Shown here: positions 53,842 to 64,000 of the stretch, one piece after another | How positions within the stretch are numbered: the stretch's first letter is position 1 | How the letters are laid out: each line of letters starts with the position of its first letter | IMG/VR virus record: IMGVR_UViG_3300043446_000435 | Coordinates: 21,441-85,440 of that record | Origin: a virus | Length of the DNA: 64,000 nt | Strand: one strand, 5' to 3' | Position numbers and translations under genes: made by a program | Notes under the pieces: generated by a model | What the model was told of the DNA's origin: nothing | Databases searched by the model: none | The model's input: the letters and a program-made list of their open reading frames with translations, nothing else

Positions 53842-54732
53842 ATGGCAAAGATAGACGAAAAGAAACCTGGTGGTAAGAAATCCCAATATCTTGGGAATCA
53901 CACATACACAACTGAAGCTGGACATAAGTTCGAGTTCGATAACACTCCTGGCGATAGACGTATTCACATCTATCACGCTTCAGGAACGTGCATTGAGATT
54001 CAGGATGATGGTGCCTTTATCTACAAAGCACAAAAGAAAACGCAAGAGTTTCATAACGACGGCAAAGACGAAAAGATCACAGGAAACTTTAATCTTGTTA
54101 TCTCCGGTGATGTGCTAGTTAAAGTTGGCGGTACATATAAGATCGAAGCGAATGAAATCGAATTAGTATCGCACGGCGAAATGCGTTTCAAGTCTGGTGG
54201 TAAACAATTACAGGAAGTTGGCGGTGATCAGCGAGTGCAAGTCAACGGTAAGACATCGCATCGCAGTTCTGGAGATCGTGAAGAAATAAGTGGCGGCAAC
54301 AAAGTCGACACGATTAACGGTGATCTTAATCAAACGATTGGCGGCGAAAGCTCGCAAGTTGTTTCTGGCGATAATGCCGTTCTTACAGGAGGCGAACATC
54401 AACTTGTATCTGCTGGAGGTATGGGATTAGGCGCTGGAGGACAGATGGGTATCGCTTCTTCAGGTATTATGAAACTGCAAACAGAAGAGCAATTCCAAAC
54501 TCGCGCAAAAACAGGAACATTTATACGAGACGAAGACTATGTTGAAGTTAGAAGTTATGGTGCTGCTGGCGGAACTCTCATAATGGCTGATGGATATAAA
54601 GCTGGTATCTTTTCGAAAGATAACGATGTTCGTATTGGTGCTGGTGGTAAATTGCTTGTGGAAACTGATGGTGGATCTAAGATTGATACAGCAGGTCTTA
54701 TTGCTGGTGCTGGCAAATTCTATCCATCATAA
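53842..54732 (+). CDS. gp5 C-terminal beta-helix spike
   Basis: TEAGH.FEFDNTPG..RIHIYHASGT, then VxGxxxxx 8-residue repeats. Confidence 0.85.
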   Translation: MAKIDEKKPGGKKSQYLGNHTYTTEAGHKFEFDNTPGDRRIHIYHASGTCIEIQDDGAFIYKAQKKTQEFHNDGKDEKITGNFNLVISGDVLVKVGGTYKIEANEIELVSHGEMRFKSGGKQLQEVGGDQRVQVNGKTSHRSSGDREEISGGNKVDTINGDLNQTIGGESSQVVSGDNAVLTGGEHQLVSAGGMGLGAGGQMGIASSGIMKLQTEEQFQTRAKTGTFIRDEDYVEVRSYGAAGGTLIMADGYKAGIFSKDNDVRIGAGGKLLVETDGGSKIDTAGLIAGAGKFYPS

Positions 54733-54746
54733 TAAGGAGAATCAAT

Positions 54747-54821
54747 ATGTCTGATGAAGATAAGAAAGAACAAACATCAAATCCTGGTCCTATTAAACCA
54801 CTACGACCACTTGGAATGTAA
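54747..54821 (+). CDS. 24 aa micro-ORF
   Basis: AAGGAG RBS; MSDEDKKEQTSNPGPIKPLRPLGM. Confidence 0.45.
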   Translation: MSDEDKKEQTSNPGPIKPLRPLGM

Positions 54822-54826
54822 AGTCT

Positions 54827-56239
54827 ATGGATCAGTTACAGATTGATACTCGACTAAGAATGATGTATCCAAATGTGATTCCTGGTCAGAAGTTCAACTT
54901 CTGCGGGAAACAGTTTACCTATAAAGGTATGGATATGTTATACGATCAGATGGACGCTATGTCACGTGGCGAGTTTGCTGATATCTATCATGTCGGCAAC
55001 GCATCACTTATGATGAACGATCCGCTTGGATATACACTTCCACAATTTCAATTAGACTCTGCTCTTACAGCTGCATTAACAGGAAATGTTGACGGATTCT
55101 TAGCTGGTGCAGCTGGCGCTCTGATGTATAATCAAATTGCAAATATCAGCGACCCATTTTGCGGTAAAAAATATACGACAGACGAAGCGATTAGAGGTGC
55201 TATCAAAGGTGCGCTCGTAGCAGGAGCTGCAAATGCATTAGGTAATATCGCAAGTGGGTTTGTTCCTCCTGGACTTGATGGTCCGGTACAAGCTGTTAAA
55301 GGTGTTATCGGTGGCGTAACGAAACAACTTCCTTTCAAAGCAGCTGGCGCAGCAGATATCGTAAATCAAATTGTAGCAGTTAAGACACTATTGAACGTAG
55401 CAGTTAAAGGTCCAACGGCGCTTATCTTCAAAGCAGTAGGATCTAACTTCGGATTACCTGCGATGGCAGGACTAGCTTCAGCTGCTGCATCTACTGTTAA
55501 TCTACAGTCTGAAACAGCAGCTCTTGCTAAACTAGCATCTAATCCTATCGCATTCGCTGCAAAAGCTGCACAGATGCAACGTCAGTTCCCACTTGTGAAC
55601 ATGAACAAACTCGCAAGTAAGATGCTAACTGGCGCTATCGCAGGAGCGCTTGGAGGAAAAGGATTTAACATCGCATCTATGGTTCCTAACATGGCGCTCG
55701 CTGGTGGACTCATGAAGATGCTTCCGCTTCCTGGTAAAACTCCTGTGTTTGACGCGATTAATCCTATCAAGACAGCGCAGCCACCAAAACCAAAGAAACC
55801 TGTTGAAATGAAAAATCTGTTTGCTGAAGGTGCGGCTGGTGCCGCTATGGCTACAATGAAACAACCGCTTTCTCAGTTCATGGGAATGAAAGCTACGATT
55901 GCACCACAAACGAATATGGTAGCAGACACAGCAGCTAAGACTTCGTATGGCAATAAGCTCGTTGGTAATGCAAACACAGTCAACTGGGGTTCTGGTGGAT
56001 ACGGACGCAATACTCGTTATGAGAACTTAGAAAAGAAACGTATGGAACTATCTGCTAAAGTAGAAAAGCATACAGCCGAACTTCTAGCTTCTGTTGACTA
56101 TAGCAAACTGACAAAGTATAGCTATCCTGATCTGATTAAGAAGCATCCGCGAATTAAGCCAACATCTACTGTTATTGAAGCGTTGGCTATCATTGAGGAG
56201 GATGAAGCAAAGGCAAATACAGCTATTAGTACCGCCTGA
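54827..56239 (+). CDS. Ala/Gly-rich hypothetical virion protein
   Basis: 470 aa ORF in the baseplate operon. Confidence 0.7.
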   Translation: MDQLQIDTRLRMMYPNVIPGQKFNFCGKQFTYKGMDMLYDQMDAMSRGEFADIYHVGNASLMMNDPLGYTLPQFQLDSALTAALTGNVDGFLAGAAGALMYNQIANISDPFCGKKYTTDEAIRGAIKGALVAGAANALGNIASGFVPPGLDGPVQAVKGVIGGVTKQLPFKAAGAADIVNQIVAVKTLLNVAVKGPTALIFKAVGSNFGLPAMAGLASAAASTVNLQSETAALAKLASNPIAFAAKAAQMQRQFPLVNMNKLASKMLTGAIAGALGGKGFNIASMVPNMALAGGLMKMLPLPGKTPVFDAINPIKTAQPPKPKKPVEMKNLFAEGAAGAAMATMKQPLSQFMGMKATIAPQTNMVADTAAKTSYGNKLVGNANTVNWGSGGYGRNTRYENLEKKRMELSAKVEKHTAELLASVDYSKLTKYSYPDLIKKHPRIKPTSTVIEALAIIEEDEAKANTAISTA

Positions 56240-56250
56240 ATACACTTCAT

Positions 56251-56279
56251 ATTATAATGGTTTGAGTGACAGCTGTCAA
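56251..56279 (-). promoter_or_regulatory. consensus sigma70 promoter facing antisense into the baseplate operon
   Basis: Minus strand cccTTGACA-17 nt-TATAAT. Confidence 0.75.
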
Positions 56280-56321
56280 GGGTTTTTTTAGAATAAATAA
56301 GCCTAATAGACTAAAGGAACA

Positions 56322-56744
56322 ATGATGGATAAGAGACAGCTGTCAAACAAACTGAAAAAGGTAACGAACAAAGACTTTGATCTGTCTTTTCGTCGTCATC
56401 CTTCTACCGGCAAGCTGTTGATGAAAAAAGACGACGAAGCCGTTAAGCAGGCGCTTAAGAATCTCGTCTTAACTAATCGTTACGAGCGCCCGTTTCGCCC
56501 AGAGTTTGGCGGAGACGTTCGTCGTCGTCTGTTCGATAACTTCGATGCCATCGACGTTTACGCATACGAAACGCAAATTGAAACAGCTATTGAGAACTAT
56601 GACGCTAGAATAACTCTTGAGCCATACGCAATTCAGATTCAAGAAAAGCGTGATCAGAATGCTCTTAATATCACGATTCGTTTCAAAAACGCATATACTC
56701 TTAACGACGTCGCTCTAGACGTTAATCTCAATAGGGTTCGCTAA
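56322..56744 (+). CDS. gp25: baseplate wedge gp25
   Basis: DFDLSF..HP, AVKQALKNLVLT..YERPF.P.FG. Confidence 0.92.
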   Translation: MMDKRQLSNKLKKVTNKDFDLSFRRHPSTGKLLMKKDDEAVKQALKNLVLTNRYERPFRPEFGGDVRRRLFDNFDAIDVYAYETQIETAIENYDARITLEPYAIQIQEKRDQNALNITIRFKNAYTLNDVALDVNLNRVR

Positions 56745-58636
56745 TGGCTATTAACACAGATCTTGTTGTTTCCGGATTAGATTTCGATGTGATTCGTGCT
56801 AATCTGCGAAATTATATCGCAACTAAGCCAGAGTTCTCTGATTACGATTTCGCGGACTCTGCGATGGGTACGTTGCTTGATCTACTTGCATACAACACAT
56901 ACTATAATGCTTTCTACGCAAATATGGCTGCAAACGAGAGCTTTATCGACACAGCGCAGCTTTATGATTCTGTTGTATCACACGCTAAGAAACTTGGCTA
57001 TACTCCTACGAGCGCGAGAAGCTCATCTGCAAATGTTCAGATGATCTTTACCCTCAGCACAGCTAACGCAACATTCCGCTCTATTCGTGTTCCTAAGAAT
57101 ACACGATTCACGACTGTTGTTAATGGAACTTCTTACAATTTCGTAACGCCACAGACATATACGATCACAGCCAATTCAACAAATGGATTTGCTGATTACA
57201 TTACGATCGTAGAAGGCACTCCACTCACACATCGTTATGTGTTTAATCGCACATCTAACACTTCATTCGTTCTGCCAAACTATAATGTAGATACAACAAG
57301 TATCACTGTTAGCGTAAACGAAAGCGGAAACAATCAGACATACATTCTTGCCGACGATATCAATGATGTAAGCGCAGACAGTAAGGTATTCTTCGTAGAA
57401 GCAGAACGTGATAAGAAATTCAAAGTTTCATTTGGTGATGGTTACATTGGTAAGCAACCTGCTACATCTTCAGTTGTTACGGTTTCTTATCGTGTATGTA
57501 ATGCTGAAGCACCTAACGGAGCAAACAATTTCACTTTGATTAACGGTACGATCGACGGACAAGGTGGAATCAATGTCGTAAACATCGGGCGTTCGTCAGG
57601 CGGAGCTAGTATCGAAGACATCGAGTCGATTCGTTTCAATGCACCAAGAACATTTGAAACACAAAACCGCACAGTTACAGCCAGAGATTATAATCAGCTT
57701 CTGTTACAACAGAATCCAGATATTTCTGCCATCAGCGTTTGGGGTGGAGAAGAAAACAGCCCACCTATCTACGGTAAAGTATTCATCTGTGCGAAACCAA
57801 AGAACGGCACTACATTCTCACAGAATCGTAAAGCTGAAATCGTAAGCAACATTCGTAAATACAATGTTCAGTCTATTGATATCGAAGTCGTAGATCCAAC
57901 TTATCTGTATATCGTACCATTCTTAAACGTGCGTTACGATTCTAGATTGACTACAAAGACTCCTGGTGAATTAGCGGCAGATGTCGCTAATCGCATTATC
58001 GCGTTCGAGTCTGAGTATCTGTCTCGCTTTGATCGTAGCTTTAGATACTCACGTTTCCTCGACTATGTTGACGGATCAGATAGTTCAATCGTAACAACTG
58101 CTGCTGATATTCGTTTAAGAAAAACGTTCCAGCCATCTACGATTTCTGTCGGCTCTTATACACTCAACTTCAATAATCCTATCCAGCGTTTGGGTGCTGC
58201 TACAACTATCAGTGGAGTATCGCGTCATCCTGGATATGGAAGCTTGACTTCATCGTCATTCACTTATGTTGATAAAAAATCATATCTTGACGATAATGGA
58301 TTTGGTGTTCTAAGAACATACTATCAAGACCCAGCTGGTCGTTTGGGTCGAGTATATACACAATACAGCACAGGAACAGTAGACTACGATAACGGTGTTG
58401 TTCAGATCAATGAGTTCTTACCTTCTGCTATTGAAGGAAACGAAGTATCTGTTATCGTTTCGCCATTGTCGCCAAACATTAAACCTATTCGAAACCAGAT
58501 CCTGCTGATGGCACAAAGTGTCGTCAACATTATCGACGACAATACAGGAAAAACAGTAGCAACTGCATCTAACATCGAAACGATTGGTCAAACTGCTACA
58601 ATCCTTACTCCATCTATCAAGTTGACTAACTTCTAA
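56744..58636 (+). CDS. gp6: baseplate wedge gp6
   Basis: LDFD.IR.NL, DYDF, LLAYNTYYN, FGDG, IRFNAP, QNR.VT..DY, WGGE. Confidence 0.95.
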   Translation: MAINTDLVVSGLDFDVIRANLRNYIATKPEFSDYDFADSAMGTLLDLLAYNTYYNAFYANMAANESFIDTAQLYDSVVSHAKKLGYTPTSARSSSANVQMIFTLSTANATFRSIRVPKNTRFTTVVNGTSYNFVTPQTYTITANSTNGFADYITIVEGTPLTHRYVFNRTSNTSFVLPNYNVDTTSITVSVNESGNNQTYILADDINDVSADSKVFFVEAERDKKFKVSFGDGYIGKQPATSSVVTVSYRVCNAEAPNGANNFTLINGTIDGQGGINVVNIGRSSGGASIEDIESIRFNAPRTFETQNRTVTARDYNQLLLQQNPDISAISVWGGEENSPPIYGKVFICAKPKNGTTFSQNRKAEIVSNIRKYNVQSIDIEVVDPTYLYIVPFLNVRYDSRLTTKTPGELAADVANRIIAFESEYLSRFDRSFRYSRFLDYVDGSDSSIVTTAADIRLRKTFQPSTISVGSYTLNFNNPIQRLGAATTISGVSRHPGYGSLTSSSFTYVDKKSYLDDNGFGVLRTYYQDPAGRLGRVYTQYSTGTVDYDNGVVQINEFLPSAIEGNEVSVIVSPLSPNIKPIRNQILLMAQSVVNIIDDNTGKTVATASNIETIGQTATILTPSIKLTNF

Positions 58637-61560
58637 TGACAAACATCGTAGGTTCAGAAGAAACGCTAAAGCAAATCTCTTCGCAGATTGAATCTCAGTT
58701 TCCTGGGTTCATTCGCGAAGAAGGTCCGCAGTTTGTCGCATTTCTAAAAGCCTACTTTGAGTATATGGAACAGGAAGGTAATCCTGTTAACGTAGTTCGT
58801 TCACTTAAAGATAATCAAGATATCGACAGAACCGTAGATTCATTTGTGGAATACTTCCGCAAAGAATTTATGATTAACATTCCGTCGAGTGTATTGGCAG
58901 ATAAACGTCTGCTTGCCAAACACATTCGCGAGTTCTATAGATCACGTGGTTCTCAGCAGTCATATCGTTTCTTATTCCGTGCTTTGTTTGGAAAAGAAAT
59001 CGAGTTCTATTATCCAGGCGATGACATCCTTCGTGCGTCTGATGGACGCTGGATTCGTGAAACACGTCTCCGTGTAGCAGCTCCATTCTCTAAGAGCCCG
59101 CGCAGCTTTGAAGGTCAGCAGATTCGCGGCGTTGTGTCTGGTGCAACGGCATACGTTCAAGACATTCTTGGCACTACTGCTCTTGGTCTTGAAGTATATG
59201 ATATCACTGTTCAGAATGTTATCGGAACGTTCCTTGATGGTGAACGTGTCTATAATGTCAATGACGTAAACAACTATGCTACGATCAACTCTCAAGTTGG
59301 TTCTATCATCAACGTAAATCTAAAAGACGGCGGCGCTTATCATAACATCGGTGACAAAGTTAGAATCAGTGGAGGCGGCTCGACTGAAGATGCTATTGGT
59401 TCTATCTCGGAAGTTACCAACAGAGGTGGTGTAACAATCAAGCTCGCTAAGACAGGTTCTGGTTACACGAAAGAAAGCACGCAAGTTATCGTAACTGGCG
59501 GTAGTGGTAAAAACTTTGCGGCTGCGATTGATTCGTGGGATTCTCAGACCATTGGTGGTCTTTCGATCAATACAGACATCATTGGTAATCTTAAAAATGC
59601 TAGACTGAATCAAACATTCTTTGTTCGCAGCGGAGCTAATACAAAAACAGTTAACGCAAAACTCACAGGAACTGTAACTGTTTCGAATACATCAAACACA
59701 GTAACAGGATCTGGTACCAAGTTCCAAGTTCAACTACAAGTTGGCGATCTTGTTCGTGTTTCGGGCGTAGCTAATACACTTCGTGTTCATCTGATCAACA
59801 GCAACACATCATTCGTAACAGCACATACGCCATTTCAAAACAAAAGCAACGCTAACGCATACATTGGTATGGCTGGCGCAAACATTGCGACTGTATTGAG
59901 CAAAGCATTACGATTCAGTTCTACAGATCTATATGCAATCAATGCTATCGCGTTGATTAATCCTGGATATGGCTATGATCTTTCGTTACCTACAGTTCGA
60001 ATCGTAGATACTTTCATTTCTACGCTGAATCTTGCAGATGGATATGGAAACGTATATGGTAACAACGCCGTTGTTGTAGCCAACAATGCACCAGGAACCA
60101 TCAAGAAAATTACAATTGAAACTCCTGGATCAAACTTTGGTCGATACGACGAAGTATCTATTACGAACATCACGCAATCAAATGCGATTGTGTATGATTC
60201 TTACACTGGATCAAACACTTCAGGAAGTGCCCTCACTTCATACACATCACGCCAAAAAACATTTGCTGGTGCAGCTCTACCTATTCCGTCCGGCGTTATC
60301 CAGTTCCCAGGTCGTTATATCGACACGAAAGGTTTCCTGAGCTGGAACAACAAACTACAAGACAACGAATACTATCAAGAATTTTCTTATGTCATTCGCG
60401 TAGATCAGCTTCTAAACAAATATAAAGAAATCGTCAAGTCGCTTCTGCACCCTGCCGGTACAAAGATGTTTGGCGATTATATGATTACGGGTAACATTGC
60501 CGCACCTGTTCAGCAAATTGACGAAGCACCAGTAGTTGCGCGTCGTTCTGTTCGCGAAAGAATCACAGCTCTTGACAACGTCAACTCTTTTGTCTACTAC
60601 GCTAATTCGAACTTCGCAGAATCTGTTTCAGCTGCAACAACTCAGGCTGCTTCATTCCTTGCCAACACATTTGCTGTTGAAACTGCAACAGCTACAACAA
60701 CACAGTCTATGACGTTTATCGCAAATACTTTTGCGACTGAGTCTGTAACTTCTGTTGATACACCAAACGCAACATTCCTTGCTAATACACGTATCACCGA
60801 GTCTGTAACGCCAACCCATTCTCAAGACGTAACATATACAGCCAACACGTTTAGAACTGAAGTTATAACTGCTTCTGCTTCTCACTCAGCCACATTCATC
60901 GCTAATACGTTCGCATCTGAATCTGTAACTTCTGTTGATACGCCAAATGCAACGTTCATTGCTAATACGTTCGCTTCTGAATCTATTACAACTACATCAG
61001 CTGAAAATGCAACTTATGTGGCTAATACGTTCGCGACCGAATCTGTTACAGCGGCTCATACTCAGGATGTTACATACACAGCCAACACATTTGGAATTGA
61101 AGCTGCTACATCTACAACAACACAGAGTGTCACATTTACCGCTAACACGTTTAGAACTGAATCTGTTACAGCAACTGATACTGCCCTTGGTCAGAAATTC
61201 CAACTTATCCCGAATGTTTATGTTAAGGTTCTTAATGCGAACAGCACGATTTCTTCTGTCAGCGGCTACACAGTTGGAACGTATCAGAATGTTCCGATCA
61301 GCGTGTTCGACGATTCCCCAAGACTTGTTCGCACAGGAACAGGAACATCTTACTTCGCAAACGGCGTGTTCAAAGCGAACACCGGCAGCATTCAGGTTGG
61401 CGGAACAGGAACAAATGTTTACATCCTTACCGTTCCAAATTCACCAACACCATCGGATTCGACTTATCAAGTCAATGCGATCTTCTCGAATACGGTCTTT
61501 ACTCTGCGCACGAACTATACACCAACATCAGCAAACGCCCGTATCTGGTTTGGCTCATAA
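58636..61560 (+). CDS. gp7: baseplate wedge initiator (gp7-like) with a repeat extension
   Basis: QFP.FIRE, K.IREFY.SRG, LRASDG.W, LQDNEYYQEFSY, LHPAGTK.FG. Confidence 0.85.
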   Translation: MTNIVGSEETLKQISSQIESQFPGFIREEGPQFVAFLKAYFEYMEQEGNPVNVVRSLKDNQDIDRTVDSFVEYFRKEFMINIPSSVLADKRLLAKHIREFYRSRGSQQSYRFLFRALFGKEIEFYYPGDDILRASDGRWIRETRLRVAAPFSKSPRSFEGQQIRGVVSGATAYVQDILGTTALGLEVYDITVQNVIGTFLDGERVYNVNDVNNYATINSQVGSIINVNLKDGGAYHNIGDKVRISGGGSTEDAIGSISEVTNRGGVTIKLAKTGSGYTKESTQVIVTGGSGKNFAAAIDSWDSQTIGGLSINTDIIGNLKNARLNQTFFVRSGANTKTVNAKLTGTVTVSNTSNTVTGSGTKFQVQLQVGDLVRVSGVANTLRVHLINSNTSFVTAHTPFQNKSNANAYIGMAGANIATVLSKALRFSSTDLYAINAIALINPGYGYDLSLPTVRIVDTFISTLNLADGYGNVYGNNAVVVANNAPGTIKKITIETPGSNFGRYDEVSITNITQSNAIVYDSYTGSNTSGSALTSYTSRQKTFAGAALPIPSGVIQFPGRYIDTKGFLSWNNKLQDNEYYQEFSYVIRVDQLLNKYKEIVKSLLHPAGTKMFGDYMITGNIAAPVQQIDEAPVVARRSVRERITALDNVNSFVYYANSNFAESVSAATTQAASFLANTFAVETATATTTQSMTFIANTFATESVTSVDTPNATFLANTRITESVTPTHSQDVTYTANTFRTEVITASASHSATFIANTFASESVTSVDTPNATFIANTFASESITTTSAENATYVANTFATESVTAAHTQDVTYTANTFGIEAATSTTTQSVTFTANTFRTESVTATDTALGQKFQLIPNVYVKVLNANSTISSVSGYTVGTYQNVPISVFDDSPRLVRTGTGTSYFANGVFKANTGSIQVGGTGTNVYILTVPNSPTPSDSTYQVNAIFSNTVFTLRTNYTPTSANARIWFGS
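60601..61200 (+). repeat. ten 60 nt (20 aa) tandem repeats, consensus ANTFxTESVTxxxTxxxTFx
   Basis: GCNAAY recurs every 60 nt from 60601 to 61141. Confidence 0.9.
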
Positions 61561-61567
61561 AAGATCG

Positions 61568-61575
61568 TATAAATA
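61568..61575 (+). promoter_or_regulatory. T4-type late promoter
   Basis: TATAAATA. Confidence 0.75.
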
Positions 61576-61590
61576 CGCATAGGAGAAACC

Positions 61591-62181
61591 ATGACAGAAG
61601 CAATCAATACATCGACTTTCGCCGATGCTACAGTTACTAGAGGAGCAAGCAATATGGAAGAGGTTAGTCTATCAGGTAAATACGTGGCTCAGTGCTTTGA
61701 CGTCCACGGAAACCTAAAGTGGGAAGAAAAGTTCGACAATCTTGTTACGACACAAGGCAAGAATCATCTTCTCAACACATATCTGGCCAGCAACACATTC
61801 TCAGCAGTCGCTGGTGGTAAGGTGTTCTTGGGTATTATCAGCGCCACGGGTTATTCTGCTGTTGCAGCTGGTGATACGGCCAACTCACATACTGGCTGGA
61901 CAGAGTTCTCTGGATATTCGCAGACAGATCGCGTAAAGCCTTCGTTCGCTGCTGCGTCCAGCGGTTCAAAAGCTACATCGTCAGCTGCTGTATTCTCGAT
62001 CACTTCAGCCAACACTATCAAGGGAACATTCTTGATGGCTAACAACAACACTGGTTCTGCTGGTGCTGCAAAGAAGGGTGGATTCTCCGGCGTTCTTTAC
62101 TCAGCTGGTCTGTTCACAGGTGGCGATAAGACAGTCGCTTCTGGTGACGTTGTTAACATCACTTATACGGCTTCTGCATAA
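61591..62181 (+). CDS. hypothetical virion structural protein
   Basis: AGGAG RBS; NLVTTQG.N, LYSAG.F, V.SGD. Confidence 0.75.
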   Translation: MTEAINTSTFADATVTRGASNMEEVSLSGKYVAQCFDVHGNLKWEEKFDNLVTTQGKNHLLNTYLASNTFSAVAGGKVFLGIISATGYSAVAAGDTANSHTGWTEFSGYSQTDRVKPSFAAASSGSKATSSAAVFSITSANTIKGTFLMANNNTGSAGAAKKGGFSGVLYSAGLFTGGDKTVASGDVVNITYTASA

Positions 62182-62183
62182 TA

Positions 62184-64000
62184 ATGACTGTTTTCGTTCC
62201 TCGTCATTTTAGAATTCATAATGCAATTCAGTTTTTCGAATCAGTAAGTGAAGCGGATCCTACTCGCTACTACTTTTACATCGGAAAAAGTTTTGCATTC
62301 GCGAACGCTGTGCCTCTTATTGGCACAGTGAAGCTGACGAGCACGAGTAACACTATTGTTGGACAAGGAACGTATTTCGACAATCCGCGTCAAGTTCAAG
62401 TAGGCGATCGTATTAGTGTGACGGGTCAGTATGCTTCAGGTAACACTGATCCTCATATTATGCGAGTGCATCAAATCTTAAGTGGTCAAACAATGATCGT
62501 TACACCACGACCGGTTATGACTATCACTGCTGGAGCTAACGCATACAATCGTAAATTGTGGTCTGAAAACAGTCCGCCAGTTCCTAACAATAACATTCAG
62601 AACATCTATTATGATATCTGGCGTAATATGATGTCTCTAAAAAGAGTTCAGCAGTCTGACGTATCGCACATCACTACAAGATACGGTTGGGCAAACAATA
62701 CATTTTATTACGAATACGACGACGAAGATGTAGATTTGTATGGTGAACGTTTCTACACATATACTTCTGACAATAACGTCTACAAATGTATTGATAACAA
62801 TCGTGGTGCTAACTCTACTGTTATGCCAACAGGAACTGGTACGTCGCTAATCAATACAGCAGACGGTTATCGTTGGAAATATATGTATACCATTTCTGCT
62901 GGTGAAATTCTTAAGTTCCGCACAGCAGACTACATTCCAGTTAAAACACTAACAGCTGACGATGGATCTGCACAATGGACTGTTCAACAGAACGCTATCA
63001 ACTCTGGTAACGGCGCTATTTTCCACATTAAGATCTATTCTAACGGTCATAATTATCTGCACACAACAAATACATTTACTACTGTTACTAACACGACATG
63101 GATGAGACTAAAGCCGACTGCATCTGGTATTGACGGAACTTATGTTGGTTCTGGTTTGTTTATTAGTGAAGGCGCAGCTGCGGGTCAGTATCGTAAGATC
63201 GTAAAGTATTGGGGTGCAAACAATACGCTCGTTGTGAACGGAGCTTTCAGCACGACGCCAAATACTTCGAGTCGTTATATCATTTCGCCACTTGTGACTA
63301 TTCGTGGTGATTCTGGTGGAACTTCTACATCGCGCGCAGTCGCGTATGTGTCGAATACGTTCTTAGGTCAAGTGCGTAAGATTACGATGATTAACTACGG
63401 TCGTTCATATTCGCAAGCGAACGTATCTATCACGGCTAACGCATCACACGGATTTGGTGCTTCTGCTCGCCCAATCATTCCGCCACTCACAGGTCATGGC
63501 TCTGATCCTGTTGACGAGTTGTATGGCACATCTGTTATGATGAACGTAAGAACTACTGGTTCTGAATCTAATACGTTTACGACAAACAACGATTTCCGTA
63601 TCATTGGTATCGTTGCTGATCCACTACTTGCAAATGGTTCGCCTGCTACTGCGTCTGTGATCGATCAGACAACTCGTGTTGGTGTTGAGCTCGTGAACGG
63701 CGACTTTATCGAAGACGAAATCATCACTGGTACAGTTAGTGGTGCTAAAGCTCGTCTTGTTTACTTCGCGAACACAACTTCGTCAAGAACAGATGGTGTT
63801 CTAAAAGTTATTCGTGTAACAACTAATGGAACTGGTGGTGGCTTTAGAGTCGGAGAACTCGTAAGAGGATCAGAATCTGGTCTTACTGCGAACGTAGTTT
63901 CAGTAACAGCACCTGCTCTAAAACCATACACAGGATTCCTCATATATACTGAAAACAGAGAACCTGTTCTTCGCGATCCTGCTCAGACAGAAGATTATAA
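62184..64000 (+). CDS. gp8: baseplate wedge gp8, truncated by the window end
   Basis: YFYIGK, NVYKCIDN, ADGYRWKYMY, GHGSDP, NDFR.IG, ENREPV.R...QTEDY; frame continues to the window end. Confidence 0.88.
   Translation, partial: MTVFVPRHFRIHNAIQFFESVSEADPTRYYFYIGKSFAFANAVPLIGTVKLTSTSNTIVGQGTYFDNPRQVQVGDRISVTGQYASGNTDPHIMRVHQILSGQTMIVTPRPVMTITAGANAYNRKLWSENSPPVPNNNIQNIYYDIWRNMMSLKRVQQSDVSHITTRYGWANNTFYYEYDDEDVDLYGERFYTYTSDNNVYKCIDNNRGANSTVMPTGTGTSLINTADGYRWKYMYTISAGEILKFRTADYIPVKTLTADDGSAQWTVQQNAINSGNGAIFHIKIYSNGHNYLHTTNTFTTVTNTTWMRLKPTASGIDGTYVGSGLFISEGAAAGQYRKIVKYWGANNTLVVNGAFSTTPNTSSRYIISPLVTIRGDSGGTSTSRAVAYVSNTFLGQVRKITMINYGRSYSQANVSITANASHGFGASARPIIPPLTGHGSDPVDELYGTSVMMNVRTTGSESNTFTTNNDFRIIGIVADPLLANGSPATASVIDQTTRVGVELVNGDFIEDEIITGTVSGAKARLVYFANTTSSRTDGVLKVIRVTTNGTGGGFRVGELVRGSESGLTANVVSVTAPALKPYTGFLIYTENREPVLRDPAQTEDY

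Noticed and set aside
60601-61200. CRISPR array or DGR
   Set aside because: The 60 nt periodicity is an in-frame protein repeat with synonymous variation; no spacers, cas or reverse transcriptase genes
62184-64000. Apparent non-coding or disrupted region missing from the ORF track
   Set aside because: It is gp8, omitted only because its stop lies beyond the window

Overview
A 64 kb segment of a large T4-like myovirus genome. The host is probably an alphaproteobacterium: the tmRNA is the permuted two-piece type, tRNA-His lacks G-1 and has A73, and several promoters read TTGACA-N17-(GC)TAnnAT. Positions 0.8-8 kb hold a tRNA array. With one outlier at 34.7 kb there are 24 tRNAs covering all 20 amino acids, all with encoded CCA. 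The array is interleaved with several unannotated structured RNAs and two tRNA mimics and contains a boxA-like leader. Positions 4.6-23.5 kb carry auxiliary and modification genes: DctP-like, autotransporter-like, SGNH, nitronate monooxygenase-like, radical SAM, glycosyltransferase, RNase H, MazG, and a TET/JBP dioxygenase + nucleotidyltransferase-kinase + HAD + TET-associated glycosyltransferase cluster. Positions 23.5-31 kb are an early region of small ORFs with repeated sigma70 promoters. Positions 31-42 kb carry thyX, phoH, an exonuclease, tmRNA, kdsA, gp33, gp59 and gp32. Positions 42-64 kb are the baseplate/tail module (hub proteins with M15 peptidases, gp51, gp26, tube-like, gp2, gp4, gp48, gp53, gp27-like, split gp5, gp25, gp6, gp7, partial gp8). 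The best candidates for something new are the ncRNA-rich tRNA operon, the TET-linked DNA glycosylation pathway with its own sugar activation, a probable gp26/gp51 -1 frameshift, and the kissing-loop RNA inside the tmRNA intervening segment. All calls come from reading motifs by eye; no searches were run.
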